Part shown: one piece after another, positions 27,928 to 37,462 of the stretch | How positions within the stretch are numbered: position 1 is the stretch's first letter | How the letters are laid out: each line of letters starts with the position of its first letter | Assembly (NCBI GenBank): GCA_005880615.1 | Contig: VBID01000114.1 | Coordinates: 93,324-157,323, forward strand | Source: Chloroflexota bacterium | GTDB lineage: Bacteria > Chloroflexota > Dormibacteria > CF-121 | Reading direction: 5' to 3' | Length of the DNA: 64,000 nucleotides | Notes under the pieces: model-generated | The model's input: the letters and a program-made list of their open reading frames with translations, nothing else | What the model was told of the DNA's origin: nothing | Database searches by the model: none | Position numbers and translations under genes: made by a program

Positions 27928-28683
27928 ATGTCCGGACATTCCAAATGGTCGACGATCAAGCACAAGAAGGCGGCCACGGACGCCCGCAAAGGCCAGCAGT
28001 TCACCAAGGTGGCGCGTGAGCTCACCATCGCGGCCAAGGAAGGGGGCGGCAACCCGGACGGCAACTATCGCCTGCGGTTGGCGATCGAAAAGGCGCGCGA
28101 CGTCAACATGCCCCAGGACAACATCAAGCGGGCCATCCAGCGGGGGACCGGCGAGCTGGGGGGCGCCCAGATGGAGGAGCTCCGCTTCGAGGGCTACGGC
28201 CCCAGCGGGGTGGCCATCATCGTGGAGACGGTCACCGACAACCGAAACCGGACCGCGGGCGAGATTCGGAACCTGTTCACTAGGGCCGGCGGCAGCCTGG
28301 GGGCCACGGGCAGCGTGGCCTGGATGTTCCACCGGGAGGGGCAGATCACCGTTGATGCCAAGAAGAAGGACCCCGATGAGGTCGGACTGGAGGCCATCGA
28401 GCTGGGGGCCGCCGACGCCCGGGTCGACGGCGCGTCGGTCGACGTGGTGACCGACCCTCACCAGCTGCACGTGGTGCGTGATGCCCTCAAGAAGAAGGGC
28501 TACGCGATCGAGTCCGCCGAAGTCACCATGAACGCGTCGCAGACGATCAGCCTCGATGAGACCAGGGCCGCCTCGGTCCTGAAACTGCTCGACGCCCTGG
28601 AGGAGCTCGACGACGTCCAGGCGGTCTACTCGAACATCGACGTGCCGGCGGACGTGCTGGAACGGATCAGCGAAAGCGCCTGA
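27928..28683 (+). CDS. yebC: YebC/PmpR-family transcriptional regulator
   Basis: MSGHSKWSTIKHKKAATDARKGQQFTKVARELTIAAKEGGGNPDGNYRLR. Confidence 0.85.
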   Translation: MSGHSKWSTIKHKKAATDARKGQQFTKVARELTIAAKEGGGNPDGNYRLRLAIEKARDVNMPQDNIKRAIQRGTGELGGAQMEELRFEGYGPSGVAIIVETVTDNRNRTAGEIRNLFTRAGGSLGATGSVAWMFHREGQITVDAKKKDPDEVGLEAIELGAADARVDGASVDVVTDPHQLHVVRDALKKKGYAIESAEVTMNASQTISLDETRAASVLKLLDALEELDDVQAVYSNIDVPADVLERISESA

Positions 28684-28717
28684 CGGCTCGACGGAGTTCG
28701 CGGGAGGAGGGAAAGGC

Positions 28718-29230
28718 GTGCTCGTGCTGGGAATCGATCCGGGTCTGGCGGATACCGGCTACGGGGCGGTGCGCCGAGAGGGGGACCGGCTGCTGGTGGT
28801 CCGCAGTGGCACCATCAAGACCCCCGCCAGCCTGCCCGACCCGGACCGGCTGCGCGTCCTGGCTCAGGAGCTGCGCGGGCTGATGGCCCAGCTGCAGCCC
28901 GAGGTGGTGGCGGTGGAGGAACTGTTCTTCTCCAAGAACGTGCGCACGGCCATGGCGGTGGGCCAGGCTCGCGGGGTGGCGATCCTGATGGCCATCGAGG
29001 GCGGCGCCCGCATTCACGAGTACACGCCGCCGCAGGTCAAGCTCTCGGTCACCGGGTTCGGCGGGGCCACTAAGTCGCAGATGCTGAAGATGGTGCAGGC
29101 GGTCTTGCGCACCCGGGCGTTGCCCCAGTCGGACGATGCTATTGACGCCCTGGCGGTCGCCATCTGCCATCACCACGCCGGCCGGCTCCGAACGGTGCTG
29201 AGCCGGGCCCCGGTAGGCGTCCGGGTGTGA
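28718..29230 (+). CDS. ruvC: Holliday junction resolvase RuvC
   Basis: VLGIDPGLADTGYGAV catalytic N-terminus. Confidence 0.9.
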   Translation: MLVLGIDPGLADTGYGAVRREGDRLLVVRSGTIKTPASLPDPDRLRVLAQELRGLMAQLQPEVVAVEELFFSKNVRTAMAVGQARGVAILMAIEGGARIHEYTPPQVKLSVTGFGGATKSQMLKMVQAVLRTRALPQSDDAIDALAVAICHHHAGRLRTVLSRAPVGVRV

Positions 29231-29826
29231 TCGCCAGCCTGTCCGGCACGTTGCTGCACCGGGGCGCCGACGCCCTCATCGTGGACGTGAACGGGGTGGG
29301 CTACCTCGTGACCGTCGGTGCTCGCACCTTCACCCAGCTGGGAAAGACCGGGGAGCCGGTGCGCCTCTACACCTACACCCACGTGCGAGAGGACATCCTG
29401 GCTCTGTATGGGTTCAGCAGTCCCGAGGAACTTGCCTTCTTCAAGCTCCTCCTGTCGGTCAAGGGCATCGGACCGAAAGCGGCCCTGGCGATCTTGAGCC
29501 GGGCCGAGCTCAAGGTGATCAGCCGGGCCATCCTGAACGAAGACGCCGCCCTCCTGAGCACGATCCCGGGAATCGGACCCAAAACCGCGGCTCGGGTCGT
29601 GCTCGAGCTCAAGGGCAAGCTAAAAGAGGAGATGTTCGCGGCCGAGCCGCTGCCCGGCGCGGCCGGCGACGCGGTCACCCAGGCGCTGGCCGTGTTGACC
29701 GGCCTCGGCTATACGCCGGGCGAGGCCCGCGAGGCGGTGCGCCACGCGGCGGCGGGTAACGGGGGAGGCCGATCCGTGGAGGAGCTGGTCACGGTGGCGC
29801 TTCGGGGGCTCGATCGGCGTGACTGA
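29227..29826 (+). CDS. ruvA: Holliday junction branch-migration protein RuvA
   Basis: [31 protein letters not shown] overlaps the ruvC stop. Confidence 0.9.
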   Translation: MIASLSGTLLHRGADALIVDVNGVGYLVTVGARTFTQLGKTGEPVRLYTYTHVREDILALYGFSSPEELAFFKLLLSVKGIGPKAALAILSRAELKVISRAILNEDAALLSTIPGIGPKTAARVVLELKGKLKEEMFAAEPLPGAAGDAVTQALAVLTGLGYTPGEAREAVRHAAAGNGGGRSVEELVTVALRGLDRRD

Positions 29827-30835
29827 CCGGCTGGTCGCCGGCAAGGAGCAGGTCGAGGAACGCGAGTTCGAGACCACGCTGCGGCCGCGCCGGCTGGCCG
29901 AGTTCATCGGCCAGACCGGAGTCAAGGCCAATCTCGAAGTCCTGATCTCGGCGGCCCGCCAGCGCCAGGAACCGGTGGAGCACATCCTGATCGCCGGCCC
30001 TCCGGGCCTGGGGAAGACGACCCTGGCCAACATCCTGGCCAACGAGATGGAGGTCAACATCCGCACCACCTCCGGCCCAGCGATCGAGCACCAGGGCGCG
30101 CTGGCCTCCATCCTGATGAACCTGGAGGACCGGGACGTGTTCTTTATCGACGAGATCCACCGCCTGGCCCGCCCGGTGGAGGAGAGCCTGTACCCGGCGA
30201 TGGAGGATTTCAAGTTCGACTGGGTCAGCGGCAAGGGCGCGGGCGCCACCCCGCTGCGCCTGCAGCTGCCGCGATTCACGGTGATCGGTGCTACCACCCG
30301 CCAGGGGATGCTCTCGGCCCCCCTGCGGGACCGGTTCGGAGCGGTCTACGCGCTCTATTTCTACGAAACCGAGGACCTCTTCCAGATCGTGACTCGGTCG
30401 GCGCGGCTGTTAAATGTGGCGATCGACGAGGCCGGCACCAGCGCCATCGCTCGTCGCGCCCGGGGCACCCCCCGGATCGCTAATCGCCTGTTGCGCCGGG
30501 TGCGGGACTATGCCCAGGTCCGCGCGTCGGGCTACATCGACGAAGGAGTGGCCCTGGCGGCCATGTCCATGCTGGAGGTGGATGACCTGGGGCTGGACTC
30601 GGTCGACCGCCGAATCCTGCGGACGATTGTTGAAAAGTATGACGGCGGGCCGGTGGGCGTGGAGACGGTGGCCGTCTCGGTCTCGGAGGATCCGGAGACG
30701 ATCGAGGATGTCTATGAGCCCTTCCTGATGCAGCTCGGGTTCCTCTCGCGGACACCCCGCGGGCGAGTCGCCACCAAGCTCGCCTACGACCACCTGGGAC
30801 TGGTCAAAGCGACCGAGCAACCGCGATTGCTCTAG
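29819..30835 (+). CDS. ruvB: Holliday junction DNA helicase RuvB
   Basis: AAA+ Walker [12 protein letters not shown] and sensor motifs. GTG overlaps the ruvA stop. Confidence 0.9.
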   Translation: MTDRLVAGKEQVEEREFETTLRPRRLAEFIGQTGVKANLEVLISAARQRQEPVEHILIAGPPGLGKTTLANILANEMEVNIRTTSGPAIEHQGALASILMNLEDRDVFFIDEIHRLARPVEESLYPAMEDFKFDWVSGKGAGATPLRLQLPRFTVIGATTRQGMLSAPLRDRFGAVYALYFYETEDLFQIVTRSARLLNVAIDEAGTSAIARRARGTPRIANRLLRRVRDYAQVRASGYIDEGVALAAMSMLEVDDLGLDSVDRRILRTIVEKYDGGPVGVETVAVSVSEDPETIEDVYEPFLMQLGFLSRTPRGRVATKLAYDHLGLVKATEQPRLL

Positions 30836-30879
30836 ACAAATCGCCGGCCGGGCGGCCGGCGGTCCACTGGGATCGGGCC

Positions 30880-32007
30880 ATCACGCTGGCGGCCATTGTC
30901 TTCCTAGCGTCCTTCTCGCTGTTCCTGTTCAGTGGGACGCTGCCGATCTACCTCTACCGGGATCGCGGTTTCTCGCTTTCGACGGTGGGCCTGCTGGTGG
31001 GGCTCGCCTTCGGCGTCCAGTTAGTGGCCACGCTGCTGTCCGGACCGGTGATCGATCGCTGGGGGGCGGGGCTGGCGCTGCGGGCCGGGCCGGCGCTCTA
31101 CCTGGCGGCCGCCGTGCTCTTCGTGGTTGCCCCGGAAGTCGTGCCGATTTCGGTGGCCCGCGTCTTGCAGGGCCTCGGGATCGCCCTGCTGCTGCCCGCC
31201 GCCTACACGCTCCTGCCCAGCCTGGTCGGGCCGCGACAGCGGGCCACCGCCTTCGGGGTGGTGGGCGTGATCCAGAACATTGCCCTGGCCATCGCCCCGC
31301 CGCTGGGACTCTGGCTCCTGAGCCGTGGCCCGAGCGTGCTTTTTGGTACGGCGGTGGCCGCCGCCGCGGCGGGGATGGTAGCGGGTCTGCGCCTTAGAGC
31401 CGGCCGGCCATCGGCTGCCCGCGCCAGCGTGTTCACCTATCGCGCCAGCTGGACGCCGCTGCTGGCCGCCACCTTCCTGACCATCGTGTACTGGGGCGTG
31501 ATCACGGCCTTTCTGCCGATCTATGTGACGCAGCATCACGGTGGCAATGTTGGCTGGTTCTTCACCGCCGATGCCATCGCCATCATGCTGTTGCGAATCC
31601 CCGCCGGGTGGCTCACGGATCGGATCGGCACCCGCTGGCTGCTGGTGACCGGTATCGTCCTCACCGATCTGGCGGTGCTGGCCCTGCTCTGGCCGCCGTC
31701 GTTGCCGGTGCTGGTGCTGTCGGGTGCGGGAACCGGGGCCGGTGCCGCCTTCCTGATTCCGCCGACGCTGCTGGAGCTGAGCAAGCGCAGCGACGAGGGG
31801 GACCGCGGAACCGCCATGGCCCTGTTTAGCAGCAGCTTCGCGGCGGCGCTGGGAGTGGGGAGCGTGGGTGGCACCCCACTGGTCACCCACTTCGGCTTCC
31901 TTGCCACGCTGGTGCTGAGCGCGGCCGTCTGCCTGGCCGCGGCCCCCATCGTGGTGGTTACGCTTCGATCAGGTGAAGACGAGCGACTTCGACTATCCCC
32001 TCCCTGA
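30880..32007 (+). CDS. MFS transporter (N-terminal start uncertain)
   Basis: The hydrophobic MFS frame is open from the ruvB stop region (30841) and encodes TM1 (AAIVFLASFSLFLF) upstream of the first GTG (30985). No ATG/GTG/TTG lies in 30841-30984. ATC 30880 is the candidate start. The 3' end overlaps queA by 35 nt. Confidence 0.6.
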   Translation: MTLAAIVFLASFSLFLFSGTLPIYLYRDRGFSLSTVGLLVGLAFGVQLVATLLSGPVIDRWGAGLALRAGPALYLAAAVLFVVAPEVVPISVARVLQGLGIALLLPAAYTLLPSLVGPRQRATAFGVVGVIQNIALAIAPPLGLWLLSRGPSVLFGTAVAAAAAGMVAGLRLRAGRPSAARASVFTYRASWTPLLAATFLTIVYWGVITAFLPIYVTQHHGGNVGWFFTADAIAIMLLRIPAGWLTDRIGTRWLLVTGIVLTDLAVLALLWPPSLPVLVLSGAGTGAGAAFLIPPTLLELSKRSDEGDRGTAMALFSSSFAAALGVGSVGGTPLVTHFGFLATLVLSAAVCLAAAPIVVVTLRSGEDERLRLSPP

Positions 32008-33007
32008 GTCGCTGATCGCCCAGCACCCGCCGGTGGAGCGCGATGCCGGCCGCATGCTGGTACTCGACCCCATGGCCGACCGCCTCGAGCACGCGACCGT
32101 GCGGGATCTGCCGCGCTTCCTTGCTCCGGCCGACCTGCTGATCTTCAACGACAGCCGCGTGCTGCCGGCTCGGTTGCGGGGGGTGCGCGCCGGTGGGGGA
32201 GAGGCCGAGGTGATGCTGCTCCGTCCCGCCCAGGATGGGTGGTGGGAGGCCCTGGTCCGGCCAGGCCGCAAGCTCAAGCCCGGGACGACGGTCCAGGTCG
32301 GCGGATCGGCGCTGCAGGTCGAGATCGGGAACGGGGACGCGGAGGGGACCCGGTCGGTCCGGCTCTACGGGGTGGAGCGTCCCCTGGACGAGGTGCACCG
32401 AGTGGGGGAGATGCCGACGCCGCCCTACATCCGGGAGCGGCTGGCCGATGCCGATCGCTACCAGACGATCTACGCGCGCGAAGAGGGCTCCGCCGCCGCC
32501 CCCACCGCCGGGCTGCACTTCACGCAGCGGTTGCTGGATGCCGTACGGGCCCGCGGCGTGGCAATCGAGTTCGTGACTTTGCATGTTGGGCTTGATACGT
32601 TCCGGCCGGTTCAGGAGGCGGACCCGGCCGAGCATCGGATGCACCGAGAAGCCTATGAGCTGTCACCCAGGGTGGTGGAGGCGGTCGAGCGCGCGCACAA
32701 ACGCGGCGGCCGGGTGGTGGCGGTGGGCACCACTACGGTACGCGTCCTTGAGACCTGCGCCACGGACACGAGAACCCTCCGTGCCGGCCAGGGTTGGAGC
32801 GAGCTCTTCATCCGCCCGGGCTTTCGGTTCCGGGTGGTCGATGCGTTGCTCACCAACTTCCACTTCCCGCAGAGCACGCTGCTGATGCTGGTCAGCGCTT
32901 TCGCCGGGCGAGAGCGGATCTTGCAGGCGTACCAAGAGGCCATCCGGGAAAACTATCGCTTCTACAGTTTCGGGGATTGCATGCTGATCACCGGCCGCAG
33001 TGTTTGA
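31973..33007 (+). CDS. queA: S-adenosylmethionine:tRNA ribosyltransferase-isomerase
   Basis: MKTSDFDYPLPESLIAQHP. Confidence 0.9.
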   Translation: MKTSDFDYPLPESLIAQHPPVERDAGRMLVLDPMADRLEHATVRDLPRFLAPADLLIFNDSRVLPARLRGVRAGGGEAEVMLLRPAQDGWWEALVRPGRKLKPGTTVQVGGSALQVEIGNGDAEGTRSVRLYGVERPLDEVHRVGEMPTPPYIRERLADADRYQTIYAREEGSAAAPTAGLHFTQRLLDAVRARGVAIEFVTLHVGLDTFRPVQEADPAEHRMHREAYELSPRVVEAVERAHKRGGRVVAVGTTTVRVLETCATDTRTLRAGQGWSELFIRPGFRFRVVDALLTNFHFPQSTLLMLVSAFAGRERILQAYQEAIRENYRFYSFGDCMLITGRSV

Positions 33008-34103
33008 GCTGGTCCGCGAGGAGGCGGGCGCCCGCCGGGGCCGGCTGCAGACTGCGCATGGGGTGATCGAGACGCCGGCCTTCATGCCGGTGGGCACCCA
33101 GGCCAGTGTGAAAGCGCTCAGCCCTGACGACCTGGCCACGCTCGGGGTGCAGGTCTTGTTGGGCAACACCTACCACCTGGCGCTGCGGCCGGGCGCGGAC
33201 CGCATCGCCCGGCTGGGCGGGTTGCATCGTTTCATGGGGTGGACGGGAGCCATCCTGACCGACAGCGGCGGCTTCCAGGTCTTCAGCCTCGACCACCTGG
33301 TCCGCGTCAGTGACGAGGGCGCCACCTTTCGGTCCCACCTCGACGGCAGCGAGCAGCGCTTCACGCCGGAGTCGGTGATGGCGATTCAGCGCGAGCTGGG
33401 CTCGGACATCGCCATGGCCTTCGATGAGCCGGTGCCGTGGCCCTCGGACGCCAACCGCGCCAGCGCCGCCCTGGAGCGGACCCACCGCTGGGCGGAGCGC
33501 TGCCTGGCCGCGGCCCCGGGCTCCGGGCAGCTTCGATTCGGCATCGCCCAGGGTGGGTTCAACCGAGACTTGCGCCGCCAAAGCGCGCTGGCACTCCGAA
33601 GCCTGGCCTTCGATGGATATGCCGTCGGCGGACTGAGCCTGGGTGAACCGAAGGCGCTCACCCTCGAACTGCTCGAGCTCCAGGCCGGCGAATTGCCGCG
33701 CGACCGGCCCCGCTACCTGATGGGGGTGGGCACCCCCTTCGACCTCATCGAGGCGGTGGCCCGCGGCGTGGACCTGATGGACTGCGTGCTGCCCACCCGG
33801 ATCGCGCGCAACGGCTCGGTCCTGACCCGCGGCGGACGCATCAACCTGCGGAATCGCCGCTTCGCCGACGACGCGGGGCCGCTCGACGACGGCTGTGGCT
33901 GCTACAGCTGCCAGCGTTTCAGTCGGGCGTACCTTCGGCATCTGTTCATGGCGGGTGAGATCCTGGCCCACCGATTGGCATCGATCCATAACCTCTTCGT
34001 GCTGCTCCGGCTGATGGACCGGATTCGTGATGGCATCGGCTCGGGTTCGCTAGCTGCGCTGTTCGGGGACCTGCGCACCGAGTGGCAGAGCGCGCCGCTT
34101 TAA
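33000..34103 (+). CDS. tgt: Queuine tRNA-ribosyltransferase
   Basis: TPAFMPVGTQASVK, zinc site CxCxxC...H (CGCYSCQRFSRAYLRHL). Confidence 0.9.
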   Translation: MFELVREEAGARRGRLQTAHGVIETPAFMPVGTQASVKALSPDDLATLGVQVLLGNTYHLALRPGADRIARLGGLHRFMGWTGAILTDSGGFQVFSLDHLVRVSDEGATFRSHLDGSEQRFTPESVMAIQRELGSDIAMAFDEPVPWPSDANRASAALERTHRWAERCLAAAPGSGQLRFGIAQGGFNRDLRRQSALALRSLAFDGYAVGGLSLGEPKALTLELLELQAGELPRDRPRYLMGVGTPFDLIEAVARGVDLMDCVLPTRIARNGSVLTRGGRINLRNRRFADDAGPLDDGCGCYSCQRFSRAYLRHLFMAGEILAHRLASIHNLFVLLRLMDRIRDGIGSGSLAALFGDLRTEWQSAPL

Positions 34104-34163
34104 GCAGTTAGCCTCGACCCGACTCGGGCCTGAATTTGAGCCTCTATATACTTTTCGTTCGGC

Positions 34164-35579
34164 ATGCGGGCCAGCGGTAAGTGGCTTCTCGTCATCCTGG
34201 GCGTCGCCCTTTTGGCGGCGTTCATCGACGGTTACTCGTATATCTACCGGTTTACCAGCGGGCAGGGGCTCGATAAGCCACTGGCGGACAAGCCCACCAT
34301 CTCGGTGCCGGCCCTGGGCATCAACTGGCAGATCTACGTGCACAAAGGGTTGGACCTGGTGGGCGGCACCCACCTGGAGCTGCAGATCACCAACGTGCGC
34401 TCAGGCATCACGCTGTCGGAGGCGCGCGATCGCGCCCTGTTCATCATCGAAAACCGGGTGAACGCCGCCGGCTTCTCCGAGCCGGTGGTGCGATCGGAAG
34501 GAGCCGACCGAATCATCGTAGAGCTGCCCGGGGTCAACCTCAAGCAGGCCGAGGACCTGATCGGCAAGACCGCCTACCTGACCATATGGAAGTGGGTCCC
34601 CGGGAAGCCAAGCGCGACCGTGCTCGGCCAGCTCAACCCGACCGATGCGCAGAAGTATGCCGGCTACACGCCCGAATGGACGCACATCGACGGCAGCATG
34701 ATCACCAATGCCGCCCGCTCCACCGATTCGACCGGCCTGCCGGATGTCTCGATCTCCCTCAACTCCCAGGGCGCCCAGTTGTTCGACACCCTGACCAAGG
34801 AGCGCTTCTCCCACCGGGTGGCCGGGGCCGACCAGCCGCCCGATAACAAGATCGCCATCTTCCTGGACAAGAACCTGGTCGAGGACGCGGGCGTGGAGAG
34901 CGAGATCGCCGGCGGCCAGGCCATCATCACCGGTGGCTTCACCGCGGACAGCGCCACCCAGCTGGCGCTGCAGCTCAACTCCGGCGCGCTGCCAGGGTCC
35001 GTCAACGTCATTTCGAACACGGCGGTGGGCGCCACCCTGGGGGCCAACACGGTGCGCCTCAGCCTCTTGGGCGGAGGCCTGGGGCTGGCCATCGTCGTCC
35101 TGTTCATGATCCTGTACTACCGGCTACCCGGCGTGGTGGCCAGCCTGGCGCTGATGATTTACGCTGGCGCCGTCCTGGCCATCTTCAAGCTGTTCGGTGT
35201 CACGTTGACGCTGGCCGGCCTGGCGGGGTTCGTCCTCTCGGTCGGGATGGCGGTGGACGCCAACGTCCTGATCTTTGAGCGGGTGAAGGAGGAATTACGC
35301 TCCGGGCGCACCTTGGGTGCGGCCATGGAGGTCGGGGTGAAGCGCGCCTGGCCGGCCATCCGCGACTCCAACATCTCGACCTGGATCACCTGCGGGGTAC
35401 TCGCCTTCTTCGGGGCGCCGCTGATCAAGGGCTTCGCCATCACCCTGGCGATCGGCGTGGCGGTCAGCATGTTCTCGGCCATCGTTACCACCCAGCAGTT
35501 CTTGCAGGTGGTGGCCGGGATGCAGGCGGCCCGGCGGCTGTCCTTCTACGGCGTGCAGGCGCCCCCCAAGGCAGCCTGA
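34164..35579 (+). CDS. secD: Protein translocase subunit SecD
   Basis: N-terminal TM, periplasmic domain, C-terminal 5-TM bundle (LAGLAGFVLSVGMAVDANVLIFERV). Confidence 0.9.
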   Translation: MRASGKWLLVILGVALLAAFIDGYSYIYRFTSGQGLDKPLADKPTISVPALGINWQIYVHKGLDLVGGTHLELQITNVRSGITLSEARDRALFIIENRVNAAGFSEPVVRSEGADRIIVELPGVNLKQAEDLIGKTAYLTIWKWVPGKPSATVLGQLNPTDAQKYAGYTPEWTHIDGSMITNAARSTDSTGLPDVSISLNSQGAQLFDTLTKERFSHRVAGADQPPDNKIAIFLDKNLVEDAGVESEIAGGQAIITGGFTADSATQLALQLNSGALPGSVNVISNTAVGATLGANTVRLSLLGGGLGLAIVVLFMILYYRLPGVVASLALMIYAGAVLAIFKLFGVTLTLAGLAGFVLSVGMAVDANVLIFERVKEELRSGRTLGAAMEVGVKRAWPAIRDSNISTWITCGVLAFFGAPLIKGFAITLAIGVAVSMFSAIVTTQQFLQVVAGMQAARRLSFYGVQAPPKAA

Positions 35580-36454
35580 TGAATATCGTCGGGCGGCGGA
35601 ACTGGTACTTCGGGCTGTCGTTGCTGATCATCCTGCCCGGGATTGTCTCCATGGCCGTGCTCGGCTTCCGCCTCGGGATCGACTTCCAGGGCGGCAGCCA
35701 GCTCAACCTGGTCTTCGCCAACCCGGTACAGGCGAGCGCCATCCAGCGCGAGGTGGACACGTTCAGCGTCGACGGGACGGTTCAGCAGACCACGGCCAAT
35801 GGCGTGCTGATCACGACCAAGCCGCTGGGCCAGGCCACCCAGCAGAACCTCGAGAACGACCTGGCTGCCAAGTTTGGGGCGATCGACCCGAGCCGGTCCG
35901 GAACGCAGTTGGTCGGGCCCACGGTCGCCCGGGAACTCGTGATCGGCGCTGGAGGCCTGATTGCGAGTGCCTCGCTGTTGATCATGATCTACCTCCGCGT
36001 GCGGTTCGCCTCCCTTCGGTTCGCCGTGTGCGCCATCCTGGCCCTGCTGCACGACGTCTTCGTGCTCACCGGGGTCTACTCGATCCTGGGCCGGGTCTTC
36101 AATCTGCCCATCGGCGAAATCAACACCCTGTTCGTGACCGCGGCGCTGACCGTCATCGGCTTTTCCGTCCATGACACGATCGTCATCTTCGACCGGATCC
36201 GCGAGAACCTGAAGGTGGCCAGCCGGCTCAACTTCGAGCAGACGGTCAACCTGAGCATCATCCAGTCGCTGGCCCGGTCCCTGAACACGTCCATGACCGT
36301 CGTCTTCGTCCTGGTGGCGCTGTTCCTGATCAGCCCGCCCAACATCAAGGGCTTCACTCTGGCCCTGCTGATCGGGATCGTCAGCGGGACGTACTCGTCG
36401 ATCTTCAACGCCAGCCCACTGCTGGTGGTGTGGCGCCGGTTGGCCCAGCGCTAG
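35579..36454 (+). CDS. secF: Protein translocase subunit SecF
   Basis: MNIVGRRNWYFGLSLLIILPG. The stop of secD overlaps this start. Confidence 0.9.
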   Translation: MNIVGRRNWYFGLSLLIILPGIVSMAVLGFRLGIDFQGGSQLNLVFANPVQASAIQREVDTFSVDGTVQQTTANGVLITTKPLGQATQQNLENDLAAKFGAIDPSRSGTQLVGPTVARELVIGAGGLIASASLLIMIYLRVRFASLRFAVCAILALLHDVFVLTGVYSILGRVFNLPIGEINTLFVTAALTVIGFSVHDTIVIFDRIRENLKVASRLNFEQTVNLSIIQSLARSLNTSMTVVFVLVALFLISPPNIKGFTLALLIGIVSGTYSSIFNASPLLVVWRRLAQR

Positions 36455-36575
36455 CGCTCACCCCCACCCCGACCCTCCCCCTGAGGGGGCGGGCGAGAAG
36501 CCTGGGATGGCGGCGCCCGGCCCAGCGGTAGGGCTCACCCCACCCCGACCCTCCCATGAGGGGGTGGGAGAGAAC
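36455..36575 (+). repeat. Two tandem copies (about 45 bp each, 80 bp apart) of a GC-rich hairpin repeat
   Basis: GCTCACCCCCACCCCGACCCTCCCCCTGAGGGGGCGGGCGAGAAG at 36455-36500 and GCTCACCCCACCCCGACCCTCCCATGAGGGGGTGGGAGAGAAC at 36532-36575. Each half folds as CCCTCCC/GGGAGGG around a TGA loop. Confidence 0.5.
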
Positions 36576-36603
36576 CGCTCACAATGGGTATAAGGAGGAG
36601 GCC

Positions 36604-36876
36604 ATGGCAAAGACTAAGACCAAAGTCTGTACCCACCTCGACCAGATTCGGGACCTGCCGCCGCGCACACCGGAAGGCTGCGAGGAATGCCTGAAGACCG
36701 GAGACGAGTGGCTTCATCTGCGGCTCTGCCGCGAGTGTGGCCACGTGGGCTGTTGCGACGATTCGAAGAACAAGCACGCGACCAAGCACTTCCAGAAGAC
36801 GAAACACCCGATCATCCGCTCGTTCGAGCCGGGGGAGGACTGGAGCTGGTGCTTTGTCGATGAGGTGTACGTCTGA
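36604..36876 (+). CDS. UBP-type zinc-finger (ZnF-UBP) domain protein
   Basis: ATG 36604 preceded by AAGGAGGAGG. Full ZnF-UBP cysteine/histidine pattern: CTHL...CEEC...LRLCRECGHVGCCD...HATKHFQKTKHP. Confidence 0.7.
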   Translation: MAKTKTKVCTHLDQIRDLPPRTPEGCEECLKTGDEWLHLRLCRECGHVGCCDDSKNKHATKHFQKTKHPIIRSFEPGEDWSWCFVDEVYV

Positions 36877-36971
36877 TAGAGCCGAATCCGGGCTTGGGGG
36901 CCTCTATACTAGCCACGAAATGAATACGGCGAAGCTCCTGGGGTGCGGTCCCCGCAGTCGTTAGCAATCTC

Positions 36972-37445
36972 ATGGCGGAGACCCAGGCCCTGGCGGATCA
37001 GATCCGCGCGCTGATCACCCCGACCCTCACGCATCTGCGGTTCGAGCTCTACGATCTCGAGTTAACCGGCGGCCGCGGTCACCGCCTGTTGCGGATCATG
37101 ATCGACCGGCCGGAGGGCGTGTCGCTCGACGACTGCGAGCGGGTCAGTCATTCGCTCAGCCCGCTGCTCGATCAGGTCGACCTGCTCCCCGATCACTACG
37201 AGCTCGAGGTATCCTCGCCGGGGGCGGAGCGGCCGCTGCGCACGCCTGATGAGTTTCGCCGCTTCCTCGGCAAGCGCGCCAACCTCCGCTACCGGGTGGG
37301 CGATCAGGAACAGGTCTCCGAAGGCCGCCTGATCGCCGTCTCCACCGATACCATCGAGCTCCAGCTGCGTGACGGCAAAAAGGAACGCCTGGTCGCCGTC
37401 CCCTTCCGGGACCTCGTGGCGGCGCGCCTGGCCGTCGAGTTCTAG
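36972..37445 (+). CDS. rimP: Ribosome maturation factor RimP
   Basis: LRFELYDLELTGGRGHRLLRIMIDRPEGVSLDDCERVSHSLSPLLD. Confidence 0.85.
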   Translation: MAETQALADQIRALITPTLTHLRFELYDLELTGGRGHRLLRIMIDRPEGVSLDDCERVSHSLSPLLDQVDLLPDHYELEVSSPGAERPLRTPDEFRRFLGKRANLRYRVGDQEQVSEGRLIAVSTDTIELQLRDGKKERLVAVPFRDLVAARLAVEF

Positions 37446-37462
37446 GCGGGTTCTGGTCCTTC

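Noticed and set aside
36455-36575. CRISPR array
   Set aside because: There are only two imperfect repeat copies, no unique spacers of regular length and no cas genes. It is a hairpin-repeat family rather than CRISPR.
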